A stretch of DNA of 64,000 nt from an uncultured delta proteobacterium (GTDB taxonomy: Bacteria > Desulfobacterota > Binatia > Bin18): positions 32,001 through 96,000 of the forward strand of contig CAVTCR010000070.1 of NCBI GenBank assembly GCA_963733195.1, in the 5' to 3' direction. The notes under the pieces are model-generated. The model was not told where the DNA came from. It was given only the letters and a program-made list of their open reading frames with translations, and made no database searches. The position numbers were made by a program, and so were the translations under genes. How positions within the stretch are numbered: the first letter of the stretch is position 1; the number at the start of each line of letters is the position of its first letter. Below, in pieces: positions 10,981-20,740 of this stretch.

Positions 10981-11347
10981 TTCAGCTGGTGCGTACAACG
11001 TTCACCGACGTTGAGGTGGAGATCGATACGACTCCTGTTCGTGCGCTCCTACGGATTCAAGGTCACTATGGCCCGTATCGCGTTTTCATCACCGAACTGA
11101 GCGATGGGAGTCGTCGTCAGTACCGCTATTACGTATGCAAGGTAACGATGTAGAAGCGGGGTTCGATAATAGTTCTGATCCTCGCGCCCTTCGCTTGAAG
11201 TACGGTCGGATTGGCGAGGAACACCTTGGGGAATATCTACCGCATCTGCATCGCGCAAATAAAACTCAACTCTTGCTGACTGAAGAAATGCACTGTGTCG
11301 ATTTTGTGCACTGGCTGCATCAACATCTGCCTCTCAATCAGTTTTGA
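10944..11347 (+). CDS. DUF6516/TumE-like toxin (one indel)
   Basis: YRYY...GFDNSSD...YLPHLH motif across two ORF pieces. Confidence 0.6.
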
Positions 11348-11488
11348 CATCTCTCTCTACAGAGGACATGACAGCACGATATTTTCTTTCTGGAAAAAAT
11401 GCTGGGGTCGACGTTGTCTCAACCCAGCCTACGGTTTTAGTGCGTCACGGGCAGCTTGCTGCCCGTGTTTTCCGCGTGTCAGTCTTCC

Positions 11489-12072
11489 TTAATCATGATC
11501 ATGCCCGCCATGCGGCAGAATCAGCGTGCCAGTAAACTCCCCACTAGAGGAGCCAAACCCCTGGGGTGGGTTGGCATTCGCGTCAAAAACCTGAAAGAAG
11601 CCGGCGAAACTATTCTCACCATTTCCCGACGCTCCAGCAAACTTTCCTGTTCCGTCAACGATAGCTGAAAGTGCTAGAGCCGGTGAATCCTCCTACGCCG
11701 TCGGAGCAAAGCGTGCGAGTGAGTACCCGTGCATAGAGCTGGTCGCCATTGGGGAAGGTTTCGGTGCAGGTCCCAAATCCCTGCCCATTTTGCGCATCGA
11801 TGATGAACACGCCCCCAGGACACGCTGCCGTTGGGCCAGTGGGGACTAATTCGCTAACGCCCTGGTAGACGCGTTTTCCTGGAGTACTCGTCGTCACTCC
11901 TGTTTCCCAACCAGCCGGCACTCCATCGTCATTCCGATCGATACGAGAGTGAAGAAAGGTTCCGGCGAACTTGCCATTGTTCCGAATTTGCCTTGGCTTC
12001 CACCCGGCCAAGGCCTGCGACGAGCAGACACCCGATCGCTGCTCCGATGATCAATCCTTTTTTACTGTACAT
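11489..12072 (-). CDS. Secreted beta-barrel protein, dirigent/allene-oxide-cyclase-like (indels)
   Basis: RBS aaggag then MYSKKGLIIGAAIGCLLVAGLGRVEA signal; stitched C-terminus contains IVDGTGKFAGASG and ends PHGGHDHD*. Confidence 0.6.
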
Positions 12073-12215
12073 ACAATTGCTCCTTCTTATGCGTGTTACG
12101 TGTTACGTGTTTCCTGCTTACTCCCGATTGCTCCCTCGCTGCCCTCATCCTTCGACCCTCAAAGGCATCACCTCCTTTCTATGAAACGTTGCAATCGCGT
12201 CCGTTCTGTGAGAGG

Positions 12216-12292
12216 AGGGTAAGAGAGCAGCGACAGGAAGTCCTGGAAAAGTTATGGAATTTGTCCGCCATTTCTCTGGAAATTTGCCGCCA
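12216..12292 (-). promoter_or_regulatory. Putative promoter: -10 TACCCT plus 11-bp-period TGGAA/CGCCA array
   Basis: agggta at 12216; pentamers at 12244, 12255, 12266, 12277, 12288. Confidence 0.6.
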
Positions 12293-12312
12293 GTTTGCCA
12301 AAGGGTCGGAAT

Positions 12313-15273
12313 ATGAGTTCGTCTCTCTTGCATTTCCCCCCTTTTCGCCTTGACCCGAGCAATGAGCGGCTCTGGCGTGAGACGGTGGAGATTCCGCTCC
12401 GACCCAAAACCTTCGCCGTGCTGCGTTATTTGGTGGAACATCCGGAGCAACTCGTCACGAAAGAGGATCTGCTGAACGCGGTCTGGGCTGGAACGGTGGT
12501 GGGGGAAGATGCGCTGACGGGGTGTATCCGTGATTTACGCAAAGTCTTAGGAGACGAGGCGAGGAGGCCGCACTACATCGAGACCGTGCATCGGCGGGGA
12601 TATCGCTTCATTGCGAGAAGTAGCCAACAGTCAACAAGAAGAGGAAAGGCAAAAGTCAAAAGGCAAAAGATCAAAAGGCAAAAGTAGAGGAGCAAGAGAT
12701 AGAGATAGGGACACAGACAGAAAAGACGGAGACAGAGATAGAGACAGAGGCGGACAAGACAGAACTAAACGATGTTGGACTGCGGACACTGGACGTTCAG
12801 ATATCGAACCCCTAGCATTCAACACCCAGCACCTAATCCTCAGTCCTCAGTCGGTAGCCTGGATGAAGCGCAGCGGAATCCAGGGGAAAAGTTTGAGACA
12901 GAGACCCGGATTTCACCTCGTTCCATCCGGGCTACCGAACTAGCGACTGAGACCCGGAAGCTGGCGGCCATCATGTTCACCGCCATCGTGGGCTTTAGCC
13001 GCCAGATGGGCAGCCAACGAAGCCCGTACGCTGCGGTTGCTGGACACCCATAATCAGATCATTCAACGCGCGGTCGCCGAGCATCACGGCACGGTCATCA
13101 AAACGATCGGTGATGCCTTCCTGGTCGATTTTCCCTCCGTCGTCCACGCCGTGCAGTGCGCCCAGCGATTCAGGCGCAGTTGCGCGAGCATAACAACGCG
13201 AGAAAGAGCAAAGCCGAACAGATTCATGTCCGCATCGGCATTCACTCAGGTGATATCGTCCAGACGCGATGGTGATGTGTTCGGCGATGGAGTCAACATC
13301 GCGTCACGGCTGCAGAGTCTCGCCGAACCGGATACCGTCTATATCTCACAGAAAGTACTATGAAGAGGTAGCCAAGAAACTGGAATTGGGGACAGTCATT
13401 TCGCTGGGCACGTCCGCAGCTGAAGAACATCGCCGAACGGTTCCAGGTCTATGCGTTGCTGCCGGAGACACCCAAGGGCATCCGACGGGTCTCTGCAAGT
13501 ACAGTGGCTGAGAGCTTCACGTACGGGTGCGCCCTGCGCACCAAGTGGCGATAGGCCTCGTGCTGCTCGTAGGCGCAATCACAGCCCCTGGTATCTCGCT
13601 CGTTCCCCACTCAGTCCTCAACCCTCAGTCCTAGCCCCAAGCCGCCCAGCAGCGCTGCCGCTGCCCGACAAACCCTCAATCATTATCCTGCCCTTCGACA
13701 ACATGAGCGGCGATCCCGGCCAAGACTACTTCAGTGACGGCCTGACCGAAGTCCTGACCAGCGACCTCTCCAAGATCTCCAGTCTCTTTGTCATCGCGCG
13801 CAATTCTGCGTTCACCTACAAAGGCAAGGCGGTGAAGGTCCAAGATGTGAGTCGGGAGATGGGTGTGCGCTATGTGTTGGAAGGGGGAGTGCAGAGAGCG
13901 GAGGAGCAGGTGCGGATCACGGCGCAGTTGATCGACGCCACCACCGGCTATCATCTCTGGTCCGAGCGCTACGACCGCCCCTCAGGGATATCTTTGCCCT
14001 GCAAGATGAGATCGTGCAGAAGATCGTGACGACGCTGAACCTCCAGCTCACGTTGCAGGAGCAAGGGATCCATCGTGCGCAAACACACGGACAACCTGGA
14101 GGCCTATGACGCCTTCTTGCGTGGGGTGGAGTACTGTTGCCGCATCACGAAAGAGGCCAATGCCCAGGCGCGGCAGATGTATGAGAAAGCCATTGCGCTG
14201 GACCCGCAGTATGCCGAGGCGTACGCGGCGCTGGGTTGGACCTACTAGATGGAGTGGATCTTGGCGCTGGAGTGCGGACCCCCAGACCCTGGAGCGGCGT
14301 TGGAACTGGCGCAACAGGCCCTTGCCCTGGATGACTCCCTGCCTCTGGCCCATGCGCTCTTGGGCATGGTCTATGCGCAGAAACAGCAGTCTGACCAAGC
14401 CATGGCTGAAGGGGAGCAGGCGGTCGCCCTCGATCCCAACTATGCTGACAGCTATGCATGGCAGGCGGAGGTGCTGAATTTCGCGGGCAGGCCAGAGGAA
14501 GCCCTACGGGCGGTGGAGCAGGCGATGCGGCTCAACCCCCGCTATCCGCCCCTGTACTTGGTCGAATTGGGCTGGGCCTATCGCTCGACCGGGCGGTATG
14601 CCGAGGCGATCGCCGCGCTGCAGGAACTCATCCGCCGGAACCCCAATTTTCTGTTTGCCCACGTTCACCTGGCTGTCAGCTACTTGTTGCAGTGGCTCTC
14701 GCAACAGAGCCCGGATGCCCAGACGTTGGAGCAGGCAATGGCGGCGGCGCAACGGGCCCTGGCCCTCAATGACTCCTTGTCCTGGAGCCACATGGTCTTG
14801 GGCTTGTCTATCTTGAACAGCAGTATGACCAGGCCCTGGCGGAGATGGAGCGGGCCGTGGCCCTCGCTCCCAACGAGGCGGTGAGCTATGCGGCGCTGGC
14901 TGAGGTGCTGAGCTGTGTGGGCAGGACGGAGAGGCTCTGGAGGCCGCCGCACAGGCGCTGCGCCTCAAGCCCCATGCGGACGACCACTTAGCAGCGTCGG
15001 CACCGCCTATACGATGGCCGGGCGCTACGAGGAGGCGCGTGCTCCCTTGCAGCGCTACCTCAGCCGCTACCCCAACATTCTGGCTGCCCATCTCATGTTG
15101 GCTGCGGTCTACAGCGAGTTAGGCCAAGAAGCGAGGCCCGGGCCGAGGCAGCGGAAGTCCTGCGGCTCAATCCGAAGTTCTCGCTAGAGGTTCACAAGCA
15201 GCGAATGCCGATCAAAGATCCAGCGGTGTTGGAGCGGCATATTGCCGCGTTGCGCAAGGCAGGGCTCAAATAA
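12313..15273 (+). CDS. wHTH-class III adenylate/guanylate cyclase-TM-TolB-like-TPR regulator (many indels; possibly a pseudogene)
   Basis: FPPFRLD...IETVHRRGYRF; RKLAAIMFT, KTIGDAFL, FGDGVNIASRLQ; [14 protein letters not shown]; TPRs; ends LERHIAALRKAGLK*. Confidence 0.75.
12851..12938. repeat. REP doublet (GTAGCCYGGATG...) inside a coding linker
   Basis: tcggtagcctggatgaagcgcagcggaatccagg ... ccggatttcacctcgttccatccgggctaccga; solo copy at 34647-34677. Confidence 0.75.
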
Positions 15274-15420
15274 TGGAGAATGAAAAATTGAGAATGGAGA
15301 ATGAGGAATGCGGAATGGAGAACGAGGAATGAAGAAGTGAAGGAGTAGAGGGGAATGGGAAAGAATGAAGGGTGAAGAGTGAAAAAAGATGAGGGGATGA
15401 ATGCTGAACACTGAATGAAA
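15271..15420. repeat. Purine-rich heptamer tract (GAGAATG/GGAATGA-like)
   Basis: Degenerate 7-bp periodicity right after the regulator stop codon. Confidence 0.75.
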
Positions 15421-16018
15421 AAGGAGTGACTGCAGAAATCGCAGGACACAGCTGAGCGCCGGAGTTGTCGGTGCGCGGAGTACGGTCTATAGCTCTATTC
15501 CTAGACTATTCAGTGGCATACCCACTCTACGCTGCCGTGGATACAGACCGCACGGACGTAATCGGAATGATCTCGCTGAGCGGAAGGGGTATAGGCAGAC
15601 AACGTTAAAAACTCAGCTCACTGGCGGATGTTGCACGATCTCCAGTGCCAGTTCCCGCAATTCCGTGGAAAGTTCTGCAAGTCCGCTGAGCGGAACGCTA
15701 CGCGGACCGATGTCCGTCGGTTGCTGCAAGGAGCGAAGTACTCGAAAAGCGTCAACCCGACAGCTCGACGCTCGGCTGTGTTGATCCTAGAGCAGAATAT
15801 GCTCGTTGAGTTCAAGACGTCGCAGGTTCTCCTGGCAGCAAAGGAAATATACAGGGCGTATCGCTGGTTTCCATCGGTGAGATGAAGAAGTTAGATGGTC
15901 GTCACTGTGGGTCAACCTGATCACCTTCTTGATAGGCTGTCACGAATAATCTCACCATAGTTATTGGGGCCTAGGCTAGTTAACTAATTGTCTTGCGCAT
16001 AGGTTTTTCTCTTTGTGA

Positions 16019-18637
16019 CTACACCATCCGTCGCATCAGTAGCTCTAAGAAATACACCGCCATTGCCAGTGGAATGAGGTAGGGCAGCAAAGAGTGCTGT
16101 TCCGGCGAGGCGACCGGCAGTACAAGAGACGCAACGTCTGGATTAATAGTCCCGCCGGTCGCAGCGGCTAACGCTTCAAGTAACGGCGTGTTCGGTTGCG
16201 GCTGTGGCACCTCGGCTGCGTGTTGCGGTGGCAGCGTGTACCCCAGTGGCCCCAGATTCTCTCCTGTCGGCAGCGTCACCTCAATGCGATAGTCCCCCAC
16301 TTTGGTGGTTCGATGAACACCTTGATAGTGACCAGGAGCGAGTCGTTGAAGTGCGAGCGAAGCATCTGCATCATCAGGGCCGCTGACTCGAGCAAATGCA
16401 CTTCTCCCTTCTTCGTTGGGACCATAGGAGAATACGTCGATCGCCAAGCCGTCGTCGGTGTGTCCTAACTCAACGGAAAAGTGTGGTTGCGTCTGATTTG
16501 CAGTCTTCTCTGGAGACTGATTGCCATCGGCTAAGGTCCAACGGACGGCCTGTTCCCAAAACTTGGCAAATCCGTCCCAACTGACCCACGGTGCAGACCA
16601 TCGTCCATTTGCATCTGAGGTAAAGGCTACCGCTTTTCCTTGACCATACGACCACGAGGCTAACAATGGCGGGCGTTTGCCGTTCACTTGCAGCGATACG
16701 TCGGTCCTGGCTCCAGGCTTTGCCTGGGTTGCGACATACCCTTTGATGGTTGGAAAGGCACGGTTCTCAAGCCCTTGAAGGAGGGGCGAAGCCGGGTTGG
16801 CAATCGGGACGAGGTCTTTTTCGACCATGGTCTTTTCTTCTGGTTTCTTTTCCTGTTGCAGTTCGCTGATGAGCAGGTCGGGGAGATTTTCGGGAGTTGT
16901 GGTGTGGTGAAACGCTCCACCGCCATAGTCGGCGATACGTGACAACAGTCTGAGGTTTGGCTCCTCGCCCACGGCAATAGCTGAAATCGTCATTTTTAGC
17001 TCACGATTCATTACCGAGACGAGATCGAGATACTCTGCCCCACTACCACCAGTCTCACCATCGGTGAGGATAATCATATGCTTCCGTGTGGCTGGTTGTC
17101 GTTCCAATTGTCGCTTCGCTTCTTCAAGGGCGGGTAACAAGAATGTCCCTCCAGAGGGTTTGAGTCGCTCTAATCGGCTATCTACGTCGCCTCGCACAGC
17201 TCCCATCTGTTGAACCGGAATTACCGGGAATGGTTCGGTATCAAAGCCAATGACGCCAAAAAAATCCCGATCCTTTAGGTTTCGCGCAACCGCACGGACA
17301 CCTTCTTTGGCATAGAGTAATTTTGATTCCCGACGCATACTGCCTGAGGTGTCAATGACCAGGACTACTACTGTCGTGTGCTCTTCTTTCTGTGGTGGGG
17401 TAACGGTGACAGGTAAAATCTCTTCGATCTCAGAGCCCTTGTAGCCACCGAGACCCAGGCTTTCTTCTCCACCGACCATGATGAGTCCACCGCCTTGGCG
17501 GACGTAGGTATCAAGTCCTGAAAGTAATGAGTCGGGTAGCTTGTTTCTGGCGACGTTATTGAGAATGACTGTTCGAAACGACGACAACGACGGGATCGAT
17601 GCGGGTAGATCGATAGCCGTTGTCCCTAGCCCGTGATTAGCAAGCACGCGTGCCAGATAGCGATTGTCTTGTGTTCGTGCGCTGACGAGCAAAATCTCTT
17701 TCTCCTTGGCAGAGACGTGAATCCAGGCCGTCGCTTGATTATCCGGTCGAAGCGAATCTTCCGCTGATTCACTCGGAGTGAAAACTGCGCGTAAGGGAAT
17801 CAGCCCATCATTTGTCTCGGGAAACGCAATGGGATGAGTAAAAACTGAGGCTCCAGGAGCGAGTGTTATCGGTTGTTGCCAGACAACTCGATCTTTCTCT
17901 GTCACTTTGAGTTCGCCACGTACAGCGCGGGAATTGGTATTCTCCAATGCGATACGCGCTCGGACCGTTTCCCCACCAGTCGCGGATTGTGGTACACCAA
18001 ACCGTTGAATGGCGATGTTCGGGACCGTCGCAGGAGGTGGCGGAAGAAAGGGATAGATTCTTAATTGTCGTTCCTTCAGCAGCGGGAACAATGATCTTGT
18101 ATCTGTCTCGGGTGTGTCGCTCTTTTCTGTTGAGCTAGAGGCATTTTCGCTGACTTCCCAACCATCGGTAAACAGATAGACATGGCGATTTTGCGTTTCA
18201 TCCAACAGCGCGGTGAGTGCATGTTTCAGGCTGGTGGCATTCAGTTGTAACTCTTCCGGCGGCTTTGTGAGCAACGCCTTTGCCGCACGCCAGTCAACCT
18301 GTTTCGCAGTTCCAGCAAAGATCACTGTTGGTGTGTCAGACTCTGGGCGCAATTGTTGCTCAACGGTTTCTTGTATCCATTGTCGTTGTGGATCAGTTAA
18401 ACTGCGGGAAAGGTCGATGACAAGAAGCGGGATACTTGCTGCACCTGGGCGCAGAGTATGGAGTCCGGCGACAGCAAGAATCAATAGAGCTAAGACGAGT
18501 GAATGTAACAACAAACTGAGAAACAACGGCAAGCGACGAAACGCGCGCCATTGCCAGAGCCAGAACAACGGCAAGAGCAAAAAAAGCGAGAGCAGGTGAG
18601 GTTGGCTAAAATCGTAGGGAGGCAGTGAAGAGAGCAT
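16019..18637 (-). CDS. Membrane vWA-domain / GATase1-like protein (MoxR-associated type)
   Basis: N-terminal TMs, DLSRS and DTSGSM MIDAS motifs, LTDG, GGGLIMVGG, C-terminal TM. Confidence 0.85.
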   Translation of the reverse strand: MLSSLPPYDFSQPHLLSLFLLLPLFWLWQWRAFRRLPLFLSLLLHSLVLALLILAVAGLHTLRPGAASIPLLVIDLSRSLTDPQRQWIQETVEQQLRPESDTPTVIFAGTAKQVDWRAAKALLTKPPEELQLNATSLKHALTALLDETQNRHVYLFTDGWEVSENASSSTEKSDTPETDTRSLFPLLKERQLRIYPFLPPPPATVPNIAIQRFGVPQSATGGETVRARIALENTNSRAVRGELKVTEKDRVVWQQPITLAPGASVFTHPIAFPETNDGLIPLRAVFTPSESAEDSLRPDNQATAWIHVSAKEKEILLVSARTQDNRYLARVLANHGLGTTAIDLPASIPSLSSFRTVILNNVARNKLPDSLLSGLDTYVRQGGGLIMVGGEESLGLGGYKGSEIEEILPVTVTPPQKEEHTTVVVLVIDTSGSMRRESKLLYAKEGVRAVARNLKDRDFFGVIGFDTEPFPVIPVQQMGAVRGDVDSRLERLKPSGGTFLLPALEEAKRQLERQPATRKHMIILTDGETGGSGAEYLDLVSVMNRELKMTISAIAVGEEPNLRLLSRIADYGGGAFHHTTTPENLPDLLISELQQEKKPEEKTMVEKDLVPIANPASPLLQGLENRAFPTIKGYVATQAKPGARTDVSLQVNGKRPPLLASWSYGQGKAVAFTSDANGRWSAPWVSWDGFAKFWEQAVRWTLADGNQSPEKTANQTQPHFSVELGHTDDGLAIDVFSYGPNEEGRSAFARVSGPDDADASLALQRLAPGHYQGVHRTTKVGDYRIEVTLPTGENLGPLGYTLPPQHAAEVPQPQPNTPLLEALAAATGGTINPDVASLVLPVASPEQHSLLPYLIPLAMAVYFLELLMRRMV

Positions 18638-18736
18638 GAGGCAATCTGTCCGTCAGCCAAGTACAAATTCAAAAGGCAGCGCACTGCGCTGCCCTTGATC
18701 TTACGATGGACGCGGACAGAGAGGAAGCATCCGTGG

Positions 18737-19840
18737 TTAGTTTGCCAGGTTATACAACTCGGCGACGTTATCGTGAAGAATGTAGTTTTTCTCTTGCTCG
18801 GTGAGATGTGCGGTATGTTTCTGCAACAACTCTTGCGAGTACGGCCAGGTTGAGTCGCTGTGAGGAAAGTCATTCGCCCACATCAGGCGACGCACGTTGC
18901 ACATGTCTTTCATTCTGAACGCCACCCAGTCATCCTGGAAGGTCAAATAGATATGCTCACGGAAGTATTCGCTCGGCATTTTGGAGAGCTTTCCTGCGGT
19001 GAGCCAGTAGCGATGGCGATCGTACGCATGATCCATGCGGTACATGTAATGCGGTGCCCAGCCAGCATCGGCTTCGACACAGACGATTTTCAGTTTGGGA
19101 TGACGCTCGAAGACGCCGCTGAGAATGAAAGTGCCCATGATGTCCTGGCAGCCGCGGATAATAGATAGGAACCCATTCATCTTTGGTCCGCGCGGTGGTG
19201 CTCCGACCACATCTCCCTTACTGGTAAGGATGTGGAAGCTAAGGGGCATCTGCATATCGATGGCTGCTTCAAAGAAGGGGCCATACATCGGATCATCGTA
19301 ATCGGCGACTTGCGGGTTGCCGGGCATCATGACGCCACGCAGTCCCAGCGCCTTCATTTTGCGCAGATCTTCAATGCCTTCGTCTACCGATCGCATCGCG
19401 GTTTGTCCGAGACCGATCAGACGCTCTGGATTGGAAGAAGCATACTCAGCGATCCACAGATTGTAGGCATCAAAGCAGGCTTTTTTATAGTCGAAATCAG
19501 GATGGTTGCAGAGCAACATGCCGACGGTGGGATAGAGAATCTCTGCGGCGACGCCGTCGCGATCCTGGTCAGCGAGGCGGGCCTTAGGGTCCCAGCCGCC
19601 ACGGTGCAGTTCTTCAAATTTGGCACCAAAGGTTTGTAGCTCTTCGGCTTTTTTCCCGGCTGCAGCAACCAAGCCCATTGGGATCGGTTGATTGAGACCA
19701 TCGATGATAAAGAGGTCACCTTTCTTTTCATCACGAACGATATGTGGGGCGGTGTCTTTGTATTTGTGGTCGATACGATCCACGTATGTCCCCGGTGGCT
19801 CGGTAATGTGTGAGTCCGAAGAAATGATCGGCTTCAACAT
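18737..19840 (-). CDS. Amidohydrolase_2 family protein
   Basis: ISSDSH, LSFH, WANDFPHSD. Confidence 0.9.
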   Translation of the reverse strand: MLKPIISSDSHITEPPGTYVDRIDHKYKDTAPHIVRDEKKGDLFIIDGLNQPIPMGLVAAAGKKAEELQTFGAKFEELHRGGWDPKARLADQDRDGVAAEILYPTVGMLLCNHPDFDYKKACFDAYNLWIAEYASSNPERLIGLGQTAMRSVDEGIEDLRKMKALGLRGVMMPGNPQVADYDDPMYGPFFEAAIDMQMPLSFHILTSKGDVVGAPPRGPKMNGFLSIIRGCQDIMGTFILSGVFERHPKLKIVCVEADAGWAPHYMYRMDHAYDRHRYWLTAGKLSKMPSEYFREHIYLTFQDDWVAFRMKDMCNVRRLMWANDFPHSDSTWPYSQELLQKHTAHLTEQEKNYILHDNVAELYNLAN

Positions 19841-20011
19841 GCAATCCTCCTGTGTCGCGTCTGAATTTTTGAGTACGCGCGTTCTCTTAATTGTATAGCT
19901 GTGATTTGTTGTGGGGTGAAGAGGGCGACCCGCTCAACTCAGTCGGGCTTTTTACTTCCGAAGAGTTCTCATCAGTAAACAGCGAGATGAATCGACGCAA
20001 AGAGCCGTTCA

Positions 20012-20488
20012 TTAAGGCTTTTGCGAAGGTTCCACCTGTTCAACAAATTCCTCAGGATTAAGAACTCTGACCTCCGTTTGTCGGAAGTGCTTTTTGTTCC
20101 GAGTGACGATAGTCTCAACGTTTGCTGTCTTTGCGGCTTCGAGTTGCAGAGCATCTTCAAAATCGGGGAGAGTCGTTGTATATGCCGTCTCGAGCGCTTC
20201 CTCAGTCAGAGACACAACAGCAAAGCCCTGAAGGATCCCCTGCACGGCCTGACGCGCCGCTTTTTCTCCTCGGGTTCTGCGGCGAAAATAGTACAGAATG
20301 GGAGGAGTCAACGCAGACACGTACCCACTGGCCTGTCTATTCTTCACACAGTTGAGGACTGCCAAGCTCGCCTCCCAGCCCTGCCTTTGGCGAAAGACAT
20401 CCTCGAATATGTTAATGTCCACGAGAATTTCATTTGTTGGCAAAGCGGGCAGCAATGATGTCACGTCGCTCTCTTTTTTCTTCGGCAA
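20012..20488 (-). CDS. PIN-domain (VapC-like) toxin
   Basis: ILVDINIF, DFEDALQ, IVTRNKKHF; start uncertain. Confidence 0.85.
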   Translation of the reverse strand: MPKKKESDVTSLLPALPTNEILVDINIFEDVFRQRQGWEASLAVLNCVKNRQASGYVSALTPPILYYFRRRTRGEKAARQAVQGILQGFAVVSLTEEALETAYTTTLPDFEDALQLEAAKTANVETIVTRNKKHFRQTEVRVLNPEEFVEQVEPSQKP

Positions 20489-20729
20489 GACTTAACGGAG
20501 GATCGCTCCCTACCAGGTTCAACAATTGCGGATCAACGCGGATATGAGGATATTTGCGCTGAAAGGCGGCTCGTACTGAAGCGGGTTTTGGCTTTTGTAA
20601 AGCTGCCGCTTTTCGTTCGACGAGAGACAAGCGGCGTTTGAGTTCTTGAATTTCTTTGAGGATATTTTCCTGACGCTCAGTCTTCATCGCATGCTCCAAA
20701 TCTCTCTTTCTTTCGAGAAATGATCCCAT
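20430..20729 (-). CDS. Putative antitoxin / small hypothetical upstream of PIN
   Basis: Short ORF overlapping the PIN gene; start may be MKTERQ. Confidence 0.5.
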   Translation of the reverse strand: MGSFLERKRDLEHAMKTERQENILKEIQELKRRLSLVERKAAALQKPKPASVRAAFQRKYPHIRVDPQLLNLVGSDPPLSLAEEKRERRDIIAARFANK

Positions 20730-20740
20730 GACCCAATCAC

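Noticed and set aside
12166-12180. 16S rRNA 3'-end fragment (ATCACCTCCTTTCT)
   Set aside because: Only about 14 nt match with no flanking rRNA sequence; better read as an SD on the minus strand
15420-16018. ORF 15628-15885 or a structured RNA in the gap
   Set aside because: No RBS, recognisable motif or convincing structure; a faint PD-(D/E)xK-like stretch is too weak to call
5129-20729. Integron cassette array
   Set aside because: No integrase or attC-like sites recognised, and gene orientations are mixed
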